Below, one piece after another: positions 1-11,446 of a stretch of 64,000 nucleotides of DNA (position 1 is its first letter; every line of letters begins with the position of its first letter). The position numbers were made by a program, and so were the translations under genes. The notes below the pieces were generated by a model, which worked only from the letters and a program-made list of their open reading frames with translations, was not told the origin of the DNA and made no database searches. Location: the NCBI RefSeq assembly GCF_009914755.1, contig NC_060933.1; one strand, given 5' to 3'. Source of the DNA: the human T2T-CHM13v2.0 reference genome, Homo sapiens.

Positions 1-2174
1 GGCAGGACATAAAATTCATAATTGACATGTTTTTCTTTAAGCACTAGGAAAATCCTGATCTCTTCTGGCTTGTAAGGTTTCTGCTAAGAAGTCCACTGTT
101 AGTTTCATGGGGTTTTCTTTTTAGGTGACTAGATGTTTTTTTCTCACTGATTTTAGAATTTTTTTCTTCATATTGACTTTAGACAGTCTGATGAATATAT
201 GTCATAAAGTCTATCTTGCAATGTGTATTTTTCTGGTGTTCTTTTGGCCTCTTGTACCTGGATGTCTAAATCTTTTGCTAGACTAGGCAAGTGTTTGTCA
301 ATTATTTTCCTAAACAGGTTTTCTAAACATTTTGCTTTATCTTCTCCTTCAGGCATACCAACGATTGGTAGGTTTGGTCACTTCATGTAGTCTCATTGAT
401 TGATTTTCTCATTTCTTTTTATTGGTTTTCAGATTTCTTTTGGATCTCACTGAGATTCTTTAAAAATAAGTTTTGCATTATTTACCTGGCATTTTGAATA
501 TTCCATTTTGGTTAGGATTCATTGCTAGATAATTATTCATTGCTAGATAATTCATTGCTAGATAATTTGGTTAGGATTCATTGCTAGATAATTCCTTTGA
601 GGGTGTCAAGATACTCTGCTTTTTCATATTTCCAGTATTATTACACTGATTTCTTCACATCTAGAGAAACCGTTGCTTCTTCTTATATTTGAACTTACTT
701 TCATTAAAGTAGGGCTTTTTTTTCACTTGAGTATGTGACTATGATGTTCATTAAGTAGTGTCATTTGGCTTTGCTTCTGGGCCTGTCTAGTGGTAAAGAC
801 TGTATGATTTACTTGCTTATAGACAGCTTTAGTGTGGTGACCTTCTCAAATGCTGGTTGTAATAGTGATGTACTGAGCAGGTGAGCAGGTGAGCAGCCTC
901 CTGGGTAGCCAGGGTAGCATGAGTGATGGTATTAGCAGAGGTTGCAAGACGCTCATCTCCTTCCCAAGCACTATGCATTTATGTCAGCAGATGTTGTAAT
1001 GAGCCCTTTGGGTCAACCTCTGGGCCAATAGATGGCACTTGCTGGTGAAAGCCAGCTGCTGTGGCAGCAGTAGGGTTTACACTTGACCTTTGTTAACTAG
1101 GAGAAGCATGTGGGTGTCCTGGGGGATGGAATGGGCTGTGGAACTCTCAGTGGTCTGCACTCTGCTTCTGAGGTAGGGAGGGCAAAGCTTGTTGAGGTGG
1201 GCCAGGTAAGTCCACACTCAGGCCCCCTAGAGGCAGGCATAAGCACTGGTCCCAAAGGGGTTTGTGGGGCAGTCCTCAGGCCTCCAGAGAAGCGCCCAGC
1301 AAGGAATGGAGCAATCACTGCTGTGCCAAAGACATAGGAAGGAGGTGCAGCTCCACCTGAACAGCCTAGAAAGTGGCAGTGTTCTCAAGCTTCAGGCCCA
1401 GCAGGTCTCATTTGCTCAGGGCTTGACCTCAGCAGTAAGTCTGGACAGTTAACCAAGTTAGATGCAGTTTGCTTTCAGTCAGCAAAACTACTGTCCCAGG
1501 CCATAAAACTCACTGCCTGGGCTAATACTATATCCCCTAGGCAAATCTCACTCTGCTCTGGTCCCATTAAGGGGTGGGGAGTTTGCCCAACTGGAGTCCG
1601 TGCAGCTGGGGCCCATGCCACACCTGTTCTCAGTTCTGGCTATAGGGGACCCTCCCCTGCTCTAGACCAAATTGCCAAATCCCCTCCTGAGACTCTCCAA
1701 ACCAGTGACTGTTGACCCTGCCAGCTGGAAGGTTCTTGTGAATCCCTGTATGAGCTATGTTCAGGAATGGCCTCCTATTGGTGTGCATATCTGTGGGAGA
1801 ACCTGAAGAGCACACCACAGGGCAATTCCTTCTCACAGTCTCCCAACTGCTCCCAAAGTCATATCCAGGGCCTGGTAGGGTCAAGGACCTCTCTCATGGC
1901 CTGGATTTCCTGGCTTCTCAGTGAAAATGGGTATCAAGGACATACTGTCTCCCCATAGCATGCACTGGGGATTCACTCATAGTTTTCTACTGGACCCCAC
2001 CATGTAGGCTTCTGCTTGCCTTATTTTTCCCAGTATCTGAAGTTTTCTTTCATTTTCTGTTGAACTGACAAGCTCCTTCTTGTACAAAAGTTCACAGTGT
2101 GAACCCCTACAAACTATTTTGCTATTTCCAAGTGGGTATAGCAAGCTGGCAAAGCCTGTCTTCTGCCATCTTGG
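1..2174 (-). mobile_element. Old L1 (L1PB/L1MA-type), 5'UTR and ORF1, continues off the window start
   Basis: ORF1-like peptide 168-356 (LENLF..II..H.PSLAKDLDIQVQEA.RTP); 5' end CCAAGATGGCAG. Confidence 0.75.
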
Positions 2175-2179
2175 AAAAA

Positions 2180-3185
2180 AACCTGAAGAATTTCTTGTAA
2201 TATTTAATTCAAGAAAGGTCTAATAGCAACAAATTCTCTCAGTTTTTGTTATCTGAGAAAGTCTTTATTTCTCCTTCACTTTTGAAAGATAATTCCACAG
2301 GTTCCAGAATTCTAGATGCATGGTTTTTTCCTCTCAACACTTTTTATATTTCATTCCACTCTTCTTGCTAGCATGGCTTCTATGGATAAGTTAGATGTAA
2401 TTCTTTTCTTTCCTCTTCTAGAAGGTAAAGTTTTATCCCCCCACTGGACATTTTCAAAAGTTGTTCTTTATCATTGTTTCTATAATTTAAATATAATGCA
2501 CCCAGGTGTAGCATTTTTTTCATTTATTTTGCATGTTGCTCTCTGAGTTCCTTGGATCAATGGTTTGGTGTCTAACATTAATTTCGGGGAATTTTTAGTC
2601 ATTCTTGCTTCAAATATTTCTTCTGCTCCTTTTCTTTTAATTTGTCTTCTAATATTCTTATTAAGCAAAAGTTACACCTTTTACAGTTGTCACATAGTTC
2701 CTGGATATTCTGTTCCATTTTTTCAACTTTTTTCTTCTTGCTCTTCAGTCTTTAAAGTTTCTGTAAAGACATACTCAAGCTCACTTTCTTCAGCCATCTT
2801 CAGTCTACTGTGAGCCCACCAAAAACAATCTTCATTTCTTTTATAGTGTTTTTAATGCCTGGCATTTCACTCTGGTTTTTTTTCTTAGAACTGCTATCTC
2901 TCTGCTTTCATTACCTATCTGTTATGCATGCTGTCTACTTTATTTATTAGCACCTGTAGAATATTAATCAGAGGTACTTCACATTCCCAGTTGTTCACAT
3001 TCTGAGAAAATGGAGGTGAAATTTTTAAAAATTCCCCATTGTTAATTCCAATTTCTTGTCACACCAGGTTCAATTCTAATGGGTGCTATGTCTCTTCAAC
3101 TAAGTATTTGCCTTTTAGTATGTCTTATAATTTTCTCTTGATAGGCATAATAAACTTGGTAAAAAGAACTATGGTAATTATTAAG
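2180..3185 (-). mobile_element. Old L1M ORF1 fragment
   Basis: ORF1-like peptide 2480-2668 (GAEEIFE..M..N.PKLM.DTKP.IQ). Confidence 0.7.
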
Positions 3186-3224
3186 AATTGTTGTAGTAAG
3201 ATGTGGGGGAATTTGAGACTGGAG

Positions 3225-3970
3225 TTGGGAAGGTGAACAAGAGCTGAGTAAAAAATTCTAAGAAGGCAAGTGGTGAAAGAACTGGAGCTGGAACCACTGA
3301 CTCAAGTTGAGTGACAGACTGAAGGTTATAAAAGCCCAGTTGAGCCAGGAAGAGAGAGCAGCATTAGGCCCAGGATAGGCACACACACACAGGTTGGTAG
3401 GTGACAACAGCAGTTCCCAGAAAAAGGCTGAAGGTTCAGAGCAAAAGAGTCTAGGCCCAGGAAGCTCAGTCTGTTCTTGTCCAACCTGCTAAGAGTCTGG
3501 GTGCTACTGAGCCAGTTAACCATTTAGATCAAAGCCAGCTCAATTAAATGTCTGCCTAAATGGTCATGTAACAACACAATTGTGAGTGGCCTTGAGGTCT
3601 TCCGCAGGAAAACTTAATGGAGGATCTTCAATATCCAGGAGAAGCTGGTACTGGGACCTGGAGGACTGTCAGGTGAGAGTTCCTACTCCTGACTAGTTCT
3701 GTACTTTCCATTGGTTGCCCTCAAGCTGCTGACCAATCACTGCTCCCAAGGCCCTACTTGAAATCTCATTGACTGCCCACACTCAGTCCTCACTCTGCCA
3801 TTGCTGGTGCCCAAATGTTTAAACTTTTCCTTTGTAACTTGCTGTTATTGAAAGGATTTCACCTGTATTGAAAGGATTTCACAGTAACTACTTTTAGTAG
3901 CTATTAATAGGTCCTTGATCATGAGTAGTTTCAGTAGTCTAAGAAGTTGTGAAAAGCCAGATTAAATTTA
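3225..3970 (+). pseudogene. Relaxin/INSL4-family unprocessed pseudogene remnant P1 (promoter, 5'UTR, exon-1 coding segment 3462-3672, intron start)
   Basis: Colinear with the reverse complement of RLN2 39950-39250; AGGCCCAGG-AAG replaces AGGCCCAGG-ATG; reads KLSLFLSNLLRVWVLLSQLTI*...QEKLVLGPGGLS; 211 nt to donor AG|GTGAGAGTTCC (RLN2 GTGAGAGCTCC); TAGTCTAAGAAGT 3935-3947 matches RLN2 intron 38500-38488. Confidence 0.88.
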
Positions 3971-4175
3971 AAGTACACAAGTCTTTAAAGTCTTTAATAT
4001 GTAAACAGCCATTGTTAACATCTAAGAGGATAATATCGCCATTTTCTATTATTATTATTATATTGGTTCACCAAACTAGCATATGTAACACAGCTTTGGA
4101 CATATTGCATTTAAATATTGCTTCACTTGTTCTATCTGTTTTTAAACTATTTTGAAGCAATTTTTAATATTTGCA

Positions 4176-4795
4176 TTACCAAACCAAACTTGGGTCAGCT
4201 TGACTGCCACAGCAAAGGCAAACACACACTCCTAGGCTTATAGAGAGATTAAAAAAAAAAAAAAAACAAACAAAAAGGCATTTATTGCAGAGCAGAAAAC
4301 GAGGAGAACTGGCAGGTAACATTTAAGACCAAAACTCCCTGATAGCTTACAAGCAAAAGATTGTTAAAGGCTGAGGTAAGGGGGCTCTCTAAAGTGAGTT
4401 AGGGCTGAGGAATTTCTGGAATTTCCTCATCTACTTTCGGGTTCCGGTCTGTCTGAGGTTCCATTCTGTTTGAGGTCTATGTGACAGCAATCAGCATTTT
4501 TCGTGCAGTGGTAGTCCTTGATTCTGAAAAAAATTCGAGGATATATGTCAAGATGTTACCACTAGGTTATACAGGAAACCAAACATCTTGTGACTCTAAT
4601 TTACACAAGGTTGATTGTCTAAGTTATTATTACCTTCTTGCTGAGCAGGTTATTTATTCACGTCACCAGTTGCTGGTTGCAAAGGAAGCTAGATGAATGG
4701 AATTTCCCTTGAAGGGACCCAAATCTTTCTGTATTCCCATGCTTTGAAGAGGCGATAGGGACCTGGCAGGCCCTTAAGAGGCATTCCTACTCCAT
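4176..4795 (-). mobile_element. Probable ERV-class solo LTR
   Basis: GGCATTTATTGCAG...AAGACCAAAACTCCCTGATAGCTTACAAG resembles MER4-group LTRs; family not resolved. Confidence 0.45.
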
Positions 4796-4928
4796 CCAAT
4801 ATGCAATCTCCCTCTCACTGTAAGAAAATCTGCCAAATCTCCTTCAGCAATCCACATTTTGATTCACCAACAGTAGGTAAACTAATGGTTTGCAAATGTG
4901 CTCTAATGAAAGAAATTCAGTAAGATTG

Positions 4929-5170
4929 ATAATAATAATAAAAGCTAACATTTGATACTTTTTTGCTAAATGTCAAGCATTATGCTAAATGCTTAACATG
5001 ATTTATCTAACAATTCTTACAACAATGCCACAGAGTACATATTATTGTCCCCATTTTACCAATGAGAGGACTGAGGCACAGTGAGGTGAAGCTAATTTCT
5101 TACGGTAACACAGCTAAGTGGTTGAGTAGGAATATAAACCAAGCAGTCTGATTTCACAATTGCCACTCTT
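4929..5170 (-). mobile_element. MIR SINE
   Basis: MIR core CCCATTTTACCAATGAGAGGACTGAGGCACAG. Confidence 0.8.
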
Positions 5171-5641
5171 CAAAAATTTTATACGCCTTCCTAATCAAAT
5201 TTATCTATGGAACTCCTTTCCAGCTCACATATTCCTTAAGATGTCATCATTTTATAAAATAGCTTGCTCCTTTCTTTCCATGGACCCTCCAGTAATCCAT
5301 AGTTGTCTGAATGGTATCTCTGTATAGATGAGTATAGGTCTCTTTAAGAGGTCACCACGAAGTAGAATGACATTATATACATCTGCCTCATGAAAGTGGC
5401 AGCCAGGGAGGATTTATTTTAAAGTACTTACTCGTACTAAGAGATACAGTAGCTAGTTGATAACTCATTTGAGTTTACCTATTTTGAACATACTCTGTCT
5501 TCACTTTTATCAGAAATAACTGGCTTTTCTTGAGATCCAGTTTTCTATCTATGAATAAAGATTACATGTTTCCTAGCTAATAATTTTCTGTCGCAATTCT
5601 GGGTATCTTTCTATCTATCTATATAGTCACACATCTCTTAA

Positions 5642-7023
5642 CTATGGGGAAAATGTCTCCAGGGAACTTCAGAGATATTCAGGGCAGCACCCCCACACCT
5701 CCATCACAGGTCTAGAGGCCTAGGATGGAAAAATGGTTTCGTGGGCCAGGCCCAGGGCCCCACTGCTCTGTGCAGCCTTGGGACATGATGCCCTGCATCC
5801 CAGCTGCTCCAGCTCCAGCTGTGGCTAAAAGGAGCCAAGGTATAGCTCAGGTCACTTCTTCCGAGGGTGCAAGCCCCAAGCCTTGAGAGCTTCCACAGGT
5901 GTTGGGCCTGCAGGTGTGCAGAGTGTGATAGATGAGGTTTGGGAACCTCCACCTAGATTTCAGAGAATGTATGAAAACACCTGGATTTTCAGGCAGAAGT
6001 AGGTTGTAGGGACAGAGCCCTCATGGAGAACCTCTACTAGGAACTGCAGAGGGGAAACGTAGGGTTGAAGCCTCCACACAGAATCCCCACTAGGACACTG
6101 TCTAGTGCAGCTGTGAGAAGAGGACCACCTTTCTCCAGATGCCAGAATGGTAGATCCATCAACAGTTTGCACCATAGGCCTGGAAAAGCTGCAGGCACCC
6201 AACACCAGCCCATGAAAGCAGCCTCAGGGGCTGTATTCTGCAGAGCCATGGGGGCAGAGCCGCCCAGAGCCTTGGGAGCCCACCTCTTGCATTAGCGTGA
6301 CCTGGATGTGAGATACGGAGTCAAAGGAGATTATATTGGAGCTTTAAGATTTAATGACTGCCCTACTGGGGTTCATACTTGCTTGGGGCCTGTAGCCCCT
6401 TTGTTTCGGCCCATTTCTCTTATTTGGAATGGGAGCATTTACCCAAGGCCTGTACCTGCCTTATATCTTGAAAGCAATTAACTTGTTTTTTTATGTTTAC
6501 AGGTTCATAGGCAGAAGGGACTTGCCTTGTCTCAGATGAGACTTTGGACTTGGACTTTCGAGTTAGCGCTGGAATGAGTTAAGACTTTGGGGAACTGTTA
6601 AGATGGGATAATTGTATTTTGCAATGTGAGAAGGACATGAGATTTGGGAGGGGCCGGGGCAGAATGATGTGGTTTGGCTCTGTGTCCCCCCCTAAATTTC
6701 ATGTCAAATTGTAATCCCCACACATAAGAGGAGAGATGTCATGGGAGGTGATTGGATCATAGGGTGGATTTCCCTATGCTGTTCTTGTGATAGTGAGTGA
6801 GTTCTCATAAGATCTGATGGTTTAAAAGTGTGGCACTTTCCTCCTTGCTCTCTCCTGCTGCCATGTAAGACATGCTTTGCTTTCCTTTCACCCTCTGCCA
6901 TAATTGTAAGTTTTCTGGGGCCTCCCCAGCCATGTAGAACTGTGAATCAATTAAACCTCTTTTCTTTGTAAATTACCCAGTCTCAGGTATTTCTTTATAG
7001 CAGTGTGAAAATAAACTAATACA
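5642..7023 (+). mobile_element. THE1/MSTA MaLR: 5'-truncated internal region (5642-6664) and 3' LTR (6665-7023)
   Basis: MaLR internal motifs, polypurine tract GGGAGGGGCCGGGGCAGAA, LTR TGATGTGGTTTGGCTCTGTGTCCCC...AACTAATACA; no 5' LTR. Confidence 0.88.
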
Positions 7024-7074
7024 TTGATGTAACATGAAGACAGTACTGTAATGCACCCTACCTCCTTCAGGTCT

Positions 7075-7290
7075 CTAGGCAGCACTTCCTCCCCAAAGCT
7101 TCACCCTCCTTGGTGAGAAGAGCACCGAGAGCCTCTCAGTCAGGCAGCTTGCTGTTTCCACAACTTTCCTTCCCTTGGTGAGATTCTCAGTGAGACCCTT
7201 TCAATAGAAACACATTACAAAATAAAAATCCGATCTTTACCACCACAGTAGAGTGGGGACTGAGTGTGAGCAGCCAATGGGATCTCCAAC
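7075..7290 (-). pseudogene. Relaxin-family remnant P2, intron-1 segment (homologous to RLN2 ~39140-39367)
   Basis: GGTGAGATTCTCAGTGAGAC 7177-7196 vs 39251-39270 (19/20); CAGCCAATGGGATCTC 7271-7286 vs 39350-39365 (15/16). Confidence 0.82.
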
Positions 7291-7449
7291 AGAGTGTTTG
7301 GACTGTGGTTATGACTGGTGGATGGGGCGTCTGCCCTCCAAAGATCCTGACAAGGTTGAGAAAATACAGGGGCCTCTAGAGTTGATCTTAAGTCTTAGTG
7401 AAGTATTGACTTGGGGTCTTTTTACTTTTTACAGTGGTGGGAAATCAGA

Positions 7450-7605
7450 TTCTATCAGTTTCTAGTAATTTCATACTTTCCTCTGACTCCTCTGGGCAAT
7501 TGGTTGATTGATAACAGTTGTGATTATTTAAATTGGAAATTGTATTTACCCTTAGAGATTGGAAAACACACACCCCTAGCAAACACACACACACCATAAA
7601 ATTAC
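7450..7605 (-). pseudogene. P2 upstream segment 1 (homologous to ~40330-40470)
   Basis: TTGATTG..GAGATTGGAAAACACACAC aligns to TTGATTG..GAGACTGGAGAACATACCACACAC. Confidence 0.65.
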
Positions 7606-7610
7606 AGGGG

Positions 7611-8782
7611 AGGATGATCATAATTCTGAAAGACAATCCCAAACACCATCATCCCAGTTGTTGAAATCCTGAGAGATCAAAATCTATAAAGCCAAAAATC
7701 TCAAAAATTCTAATCCTGTAAGATCAAAATCCCAAAAATATAATTCTAGGAAAAATAATATACAATTATTTAAAAGACACTTATTTACATTTTAAAGAGG
7801 GATATATCTGAAAATATAAAAATACAAGAGAACATTTTATAGGCCACACTGCACAATAAAATAGACAATAATAGCATACATACTTTTGCAAGCATGAACA
7901 CTCAGATATACCTATGGTAGTTGCATGAGTATGGGCAGATGAACTGTATTCATTTTTTTTAAAGGCCATAAAGTGAATTGTACAATGTATTTCACTATGA
8001 TTGGTGATTGTATGCACCCAGCTTTATAACTGCAATCCTCTGAAATGACATGATGTACACCTAAGTGTTTGGAGGAGAACAAGCAAAAACCATGAAGGGC
8101 CATCACATATTCAATCACTCAAAGAGCTGAAATCTTGAGAAATTTCATCTTTCACAAATGCAGATTTACAAAAAGGACATCTTTTCATTTATTGAGGAAG
8201 TTTCAGTGTTTTCACATACATGCAGAATGTTAACACACAAAGTCAGTGGTGTGATAATGGACTTTAGTGGAACCAAATTTCTGATACCCAAAGAGCAGAA
8301 GAAATGTCTATCCCAGCTCTCAGAGACCAATTTGCCTTCTGTGTTTGTTGTCTCCTAGCCCTGGGCTGATAGATTGTTGCCCACCAACACTGAGGCCAGA
8401 TCTTCTGTACATAGTCCATTGAGATTCACACACTAATCTCTTCTGGAAAAACCCTCACAGACACACCCAAAATAATACTTTGCCAGATTTCTGGATATTC
8501 CTTAATCTGGTCAAGTTGACACCTAAAATTAAGTCCACAAGACTTAATTGTCAACTTGGCAGCCACACACATCTCCTTAAACCATTCTTAAATTCCAAAT
8601 AAAAAGAATAACAAGGTAATAGTTTCATTTAATATAATGCAACTGTCCTGTGAGAGTGATTGTGGGCATTTCAGATGTTAGGGATTTTAGACATTAAGGA
8701 TTTCAACTTTAGAGATTTGTATTTTTAGGGATTCAGAATTATGGCATCCAGGATTATGTCTTTTAGGATTATGATCCAAACC
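7611..8782. mobile_element. Ricksha (MuDR-like) DNA transposon carrying an HERVL/MLT2 fragment
   Basis: Imperfect terminal inverted repeats GATCATAATTCTGAAAGAC.. / ..GTCTTTTAGGATTATGATCCAAACC; internal antisense MLT2 LTR start (GTCAAGTTGACACCTAAAATTAA) near 8510-8532. Confidence 0.8.
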
Positions 8783-9345
8783 AAAAAAACAGTAGAATTC
8801 CACAATCCAGAGAGAACACGTTGGCAACACATATTCTTGCAAAATAGTTAATACACATGATCACTTCCTGTATTCTCTGTGTGTTTTGTATGAGAAAGAG
8901 TAAATTTTTATCATTTTTAAATGTTAAACAAATCAACATAATTTTCTAGGCAATGGATGCTGTAGAAGACTATCAAATTATACATTGATCTTTTAAATGC
9001 AAAGAGGTTCAATGTTTTTACACCTGATGTGTTTGAGTTCAAAATCTACTTAGTTTAGCTCTGTTCCCACAGAAGAGTCTAATAATTTGATATAAGTTAG
9101 GATATTTCTGAAGCAAACTAGTAAATATATTAGTTCCCACTAAAAAGTATGATCTAATTTTCTGCAAATTGGAGGAAGGTTTTGTCATCATTCCTCAAAT
9201 GGTGAGCATCAGGTAACTGGTCAAATAATAACTGTTTAAAGCTAAGGGATAGTTGGAGTCATGGCTTTTAGATGTGTTTTCCCTATGGCAAGCAGTTTGG
9301 AAGAGGCTTCTCGGAACTGAGGTTTGGGAGGCACTTTTACAGTGT
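8783..9345 (-). pseudogene. P2 upstream segment 2 (homologous to ~40517-41100)
   Basis: Resumes right after Ricksha (AAAAAAACAGTAGAATTCCACAATCC vs AAAAAAAGCAGTGGAAATCCCACAATCC); 9292-9326 vs 41046-41080 match 30/35. Confidence 0.78.
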
Positions 9346-9429
9346 GAGTATCTAAGGAGAACAAGTCATTGCTTACTTAAAAATAAATTTCCCACTCTCC
9401 ATTTAATGTTGAATTTTCTTTTTAAAAAA

Positions 9430-10990
9430 TTATTTTGGGAGACTCAGCATCCAGGCTGGCATGTAAGAAGTCACTATTTCATTCTGACAATAAGGAAAAA
9501 GCTTGACAAACTGAAAAATTAACAACTCTTAGACTCATGACAGAAGTGGAAATTTAGGGCACATTTTGCCTCCAAAATTGGAGAGAGTGACAGGCAAATA
9601 CAGAGAATCACAAGTTACTAGAGAAGAAACCCATGGGCAGAAACCTCTATGGGAACCAGCACTGGGGTAGGAAACCTCAACCGTAATGAATGAATTGCTG
9701 TGGGGGGGCCCTGTGGATAATTCTAAGAATTAACGCTTCCATGGGGTCTGAGTTATAGGAGGCCTGGACAATTTTTTAACTTAAGGAGTTCTGCCAGGTT
9801 CCACAGTGAATATTTTGAAGAATATTCTAATGCTTCTGACAGAGGAGAGGAAATATAACCTTTTTGAAATATGCCAGAGTATTCTGGTCTTCTTAATAAG
9901 ACCTGACCTCAAGAGAAACTACTTTACCACAAGCTAAACTATTGGGTTGCTACTTTTTTCTAGAGCCTAACCAATGAAGAGGAAAAGATATATCCAATTC
10001 AAATGCACTCTAGCAATCCTGTCACACCTAAACAGAAAAGGTGGTCACCTGAGGAGAAGTTGTGAAGTTCTCAGTCTAGAGGGACAAACTTACTAACCAC
10101 TAAGAGCTAATAATAAGACTATGAATGCTTCCCCTTCCCCTACACCTACGCCATTACGATTCTTACTATTTGTCACAATTCCTTTTATCCATTACATTTT
10201 GTTTGATTATCACAAAGACTAAAGTAACATCAGCCCACACAGATGATAAAGGGTCAGCAAAAGAACCTTGGCAACTCAAAAAGCCACAGTGTCTTCTTAC
10301 CTCCAAATGACCACACTAGCTACCCAGCAGTTGTTCTTAACCAGGATAAAATGATTGAAATTATAGACATAGAATTAAAAGTCTGGATAGCAGTGAAGAT
10401 AATCAAGATTCAGGACAAAGTGAAACCCGAATCCAAGAAATACCAAGAATCCAATAAAATGAAACAAAAGCTGAAAAATAAAATAGCCATTTTAAGAAAC
10501 AACCAAACTAATCTAATAGAGCTGAAAAACTCACTATAAGAAGAACTTCATAATATAATTGGAAGTATTAACAGAAGAATTGACCAAGCTGAGGAAATAA
10601 ATCTCAGAGCTCAAAGACTGGTTCTTCAAATAGACTTAGTCAGAAAAAGAAAATTAAAAATTAAAAAGAATAAACAGAAGCTCTGAGAAATATGAGATTA
10701 CATAGAAAGACCAAATCTACAACTCTTTGGTTTCTCTGAAAGAGAGGGAAAGAGAGCAACCAAGATGGAAAACACATCTGAGGATATTGTCCATGAAAAT
10801 TTCCCCAACCTCACTAGAGAGAAAGACATTCAAATTCAAGAAATTCAGAGAATGCCTATAAAATACTATACAAAACAACTATCCCTAAGAAAGAGTCATC
10901 ACATTCTCCAAAGTCAATGCAAAAAAAAATATATTAAAGGCAGCTAAAGAGGAGGGACTGGTCACCTACAAATGGAACCTCATCAGGCTA
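9430..10990 (+). mobile_element. L1 fragments (old L1M 5' region, then ORF1 of an L1PB/L1PA-type element)
   Basis: ORF1-like peptides 10243-10539 and 10765-10947 (EDIVHENFPNL.RE.DIQIQEIQR). Confidence 0.75.
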
Positions 10991-11059
10991 AATATGCATT
11001 TTAACGGCACCCCACTGAGAGTAGCCCTGATCCAGATACTTTAAAGATTTTTTTCAGCT

Positions 11060-11446
11060 TGCTATAGTTTGGATGTTTGTCCTTCTAAACCTCATGTTGA
11101 AATGTGATCCCATATGTTGGAGGTAGGGCCTAATGAGAGGTGTTTGGGTCATGGGGACAGATCCCTCATAAGTAGATAAATGCCCTCCCTGAGGAGGGGT
11201 AGTGAGTGAGTTCTTGCTCTGTTAGGTCCCATGAGAGCTGGTTGTTAGAAAGAGCCTGACACTTCCCCTCTCTCTCTTGCTTCTTCTTGTCATTTGATCT
11301 CTGCACAGACCAGCTCTCTTTTACCTTCTGCCATGAGTGGAAGCAGCCTGAGGCCCTCACCAGAAGCCAAGCAGATGCCAGCACCATGCTTCTTGTATAG
11401 CCTGCAGAACCATGAGCCAAATAAACCTCTTTTCCTTATAAATTAC
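11060..11446 (+). mobile_element. MSTB-like MaLR LTR, 3'-truncated
   Basis: TGCTATAGTTTGGATGTTTGTCC...AATAAACCTCTTTTCCTTATAAATTAC. Confidence 0.8.

Noticed and set aside
4095-4175. Possible relaxin exon-2 remnant (GCTTCACTTGTTCTAT resembles 35328-35344)
   Set aside because: Short AT-rich match, wrong orientation for P1, and it does not extend to the A-chain cysteines.
5185-5280. Weak similarity to 42905-42990, suggesting a third paralogous upstream block
   Set aside because: Too short and too gapped to support by eye; needs a statistical alignment.
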